Shown here: positions 62,698 through 64,000 of the stretch, in pieces
Layout of the letters: the number at the start of each line of letters is the position of its first letter
Numbering within the stretch: the stretch's first letter is position 1
Source of the DNA: Lama glama
Lineage: Eukaryota
DNA length: 64,000 bases
Assembly: GCA_028534125.1 (NCBI GenBank)
Contig: CM052818.1
Coordinates: forward strand, 32,984,001-33,048,000
Reading direction: 5' to 3'
Notes under the pieces: model-generated
Told to the model about the DNA's origin: nothing
Databases searched by the model: none
What the model saw: the letters and a program-made list of their open reading frames with translations, nothing else
Program-made: the position numbers and the translations under genes

Positions 62698-63938
62698 GAG
62701 CTGGTGGGAATGCAGTTTGGTGCAGCCACTGTGGAAAACAGTATGGAGATTCCTCAAAAGACTAGGAATAGACTTACCATATGACCCAGGAATCCTGCTC
62801 CTGGGCATATACCTAGAAGGAACCCTACTTCAAAANNNNNNNNNNNNNNNNNNNNNNNNNNNNNNNNNNNNNNNNNNNNNNNNNNNNNNNNNNNNNNNNN
62901 NNNNNNNNNNNNNNNNNNNNNNNNNNNNNNNNNNNNNNNNNNNNNNNNNNNNNNNNNNNNNNNNNNNNNNNNNNNNNNNNNNNNNNNNNNNATTTGCAGC
63001 AACATGGATGTCCCTGGAGAATGTCATTCTAAGTGAAGTAAGCCAGAAAGGGAAAGAAAAATACCATATGAGATCGCTCATATGTGGAATCTAAAACAAA
63101 ACAAAACAAAACATAAATTCAAAACAGAAACAGACTCATAGACATAAAATANNNNNNNNNNNNNNNNNNNNNNNNNNNNNNNNNNNNNNNNNNNNNNNNN
63201 NNNNNNNNNNNNNNNNNNNNNNNNNNNNNNNNNNNNNNNNNNNNNNNNNNNNNNNNNNNNNNNNNNNNNNNNNNNNNNNNNNNNNNNNNNNNNNNNNNNN
63301 NNNNNNNNNNNNNNNNNNNNNNNNNNNNNNNNNNNNNNNNNNNNNNNNNNNNNNNNNNNNNNNNNNNNNNNNNNNNNNNNNNNNNNNNNNNNNNNNNNNN
63401 NNNNNNNNNNNNNNNNNNNNNNNNNNNNNNNNNNNNNNNNNNNNNNNNNNNNNNNNNNNNNNNNNNNNNNNNNNNNNNNNNNNNNNNNNNNNNNNNNNNN
63501 NNNNNNNNNNNNNNNNNNNNNNNNNNNNNNNNNNNNNNNNNNNNNNNNNNNNNNNNNNNNNNNNNNNNNNNNNNNNNNNNNNNNNNNNNNNNNNNNNNNN
63601 NNNNNNNNNNNNNNNNNNNNNNNNNNNNNNNNNNNNNNNNNNNNNNNNNNNGGCATATATCCAGAAGGAATCCTACTTCAGAANNNNNNNNNNNNNNNNN
63701 NNNNNNNNNNNNNNNNNNNNNNNNNNNNNNNNNNNNNNNNNNNNNNNNNNNNNNNNNNNNNNNNNNNNNNNNNNNNNNNNNNNNNNNNNNNNNNNNNNNN
63801 NNNNNNNNNNNNNNNNNNNNNNNNNNNNNNNNNNNNNNNNTTGCAGCAACATGGATGTCCCTGGAGAATGTCATTGTAAGTGAAGTAAGCCAGAAAGAGA
63901 AAGAAAAACACCATATGAAATTGCTCATATATGGAATC

Positions 63939-63979
<41 letters not shown>

Positions 63980-64000
63980 ATACAAAACAGAAACAGACTC
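62698..64000 (+). mobile_element. two tandem young (camelid-type) L1 3' ends, largely N-masked
   Basis: ORF2 C-terminus [25 protein letters not shown]...FAATWMSLENVILSEVSQKGKEKYHMRSLICGI; the same block repeats ~848 nt later and is followed by (TAAA)n. Confidence 0.9.

Noticed and set aside
43847-63928. ORFs containing long X runs
   Set aside because: Artefacts of N runs inside L1 elements.
33011-64000. FOSL2 or another protein-coding neighbour in the upstream region
   Set aside because: No bZIP or other recognisable coding exons seen. The neighbour expected from human synteny must lie beyond the window.
1-64000. Prokaryote-type systems (CRISPR arrays, operons, defence islands), rRNA or tRNA genes
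   Set aside because: The sequence is mammalian intron/intergenic DNA. No regularly spaced repeats or structured RNA genes were seen; tRNA-like bits are explained by MIR heads and the ERV PBS.

Overview
Mammalian genomic DNA, most likely a camelid. This is inferred from the young L1 3' ends and from the absence of recognisable Alu, B1/B2, Bov-A/BovB, PRE-1, SINEC or ERE SINEs. The left half (1-~32.9 kb) holds the 5' part of PLB1 (phospholipase B1, a brush-border GDSL/SGNH lipase) on the minus strand. Twelve coding exons were reconstructed by hand. All have GT-AG boundaries and consistent phases, and together give 777 nt / 259 codons without a stop: the signal peptide plus most of the first, catalytically degenerate repeat. 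The gene continues off the window start. The right half is the upstream intergenic region (towards FOSL2 in human synteny, from recall; FOSL2 is not seen here). It is made mostly of transposon relics: MIR, L2, L3/CR1, L1, MER5/MER58 hAT elements, a mariner (MARNA-like) relic, solo LTRs, and a truncated ERV1 provirus with a tRNA-His-type PBS. All N runs fall inside L1 copies. I found no credible new biological system. The best leads are an enterocyte-type promoter motif cluster, several nested or chimeric L1 insertion structures, and the truncated ERV. Repeat family names are from recognition of consensus motifs, not from a database search.
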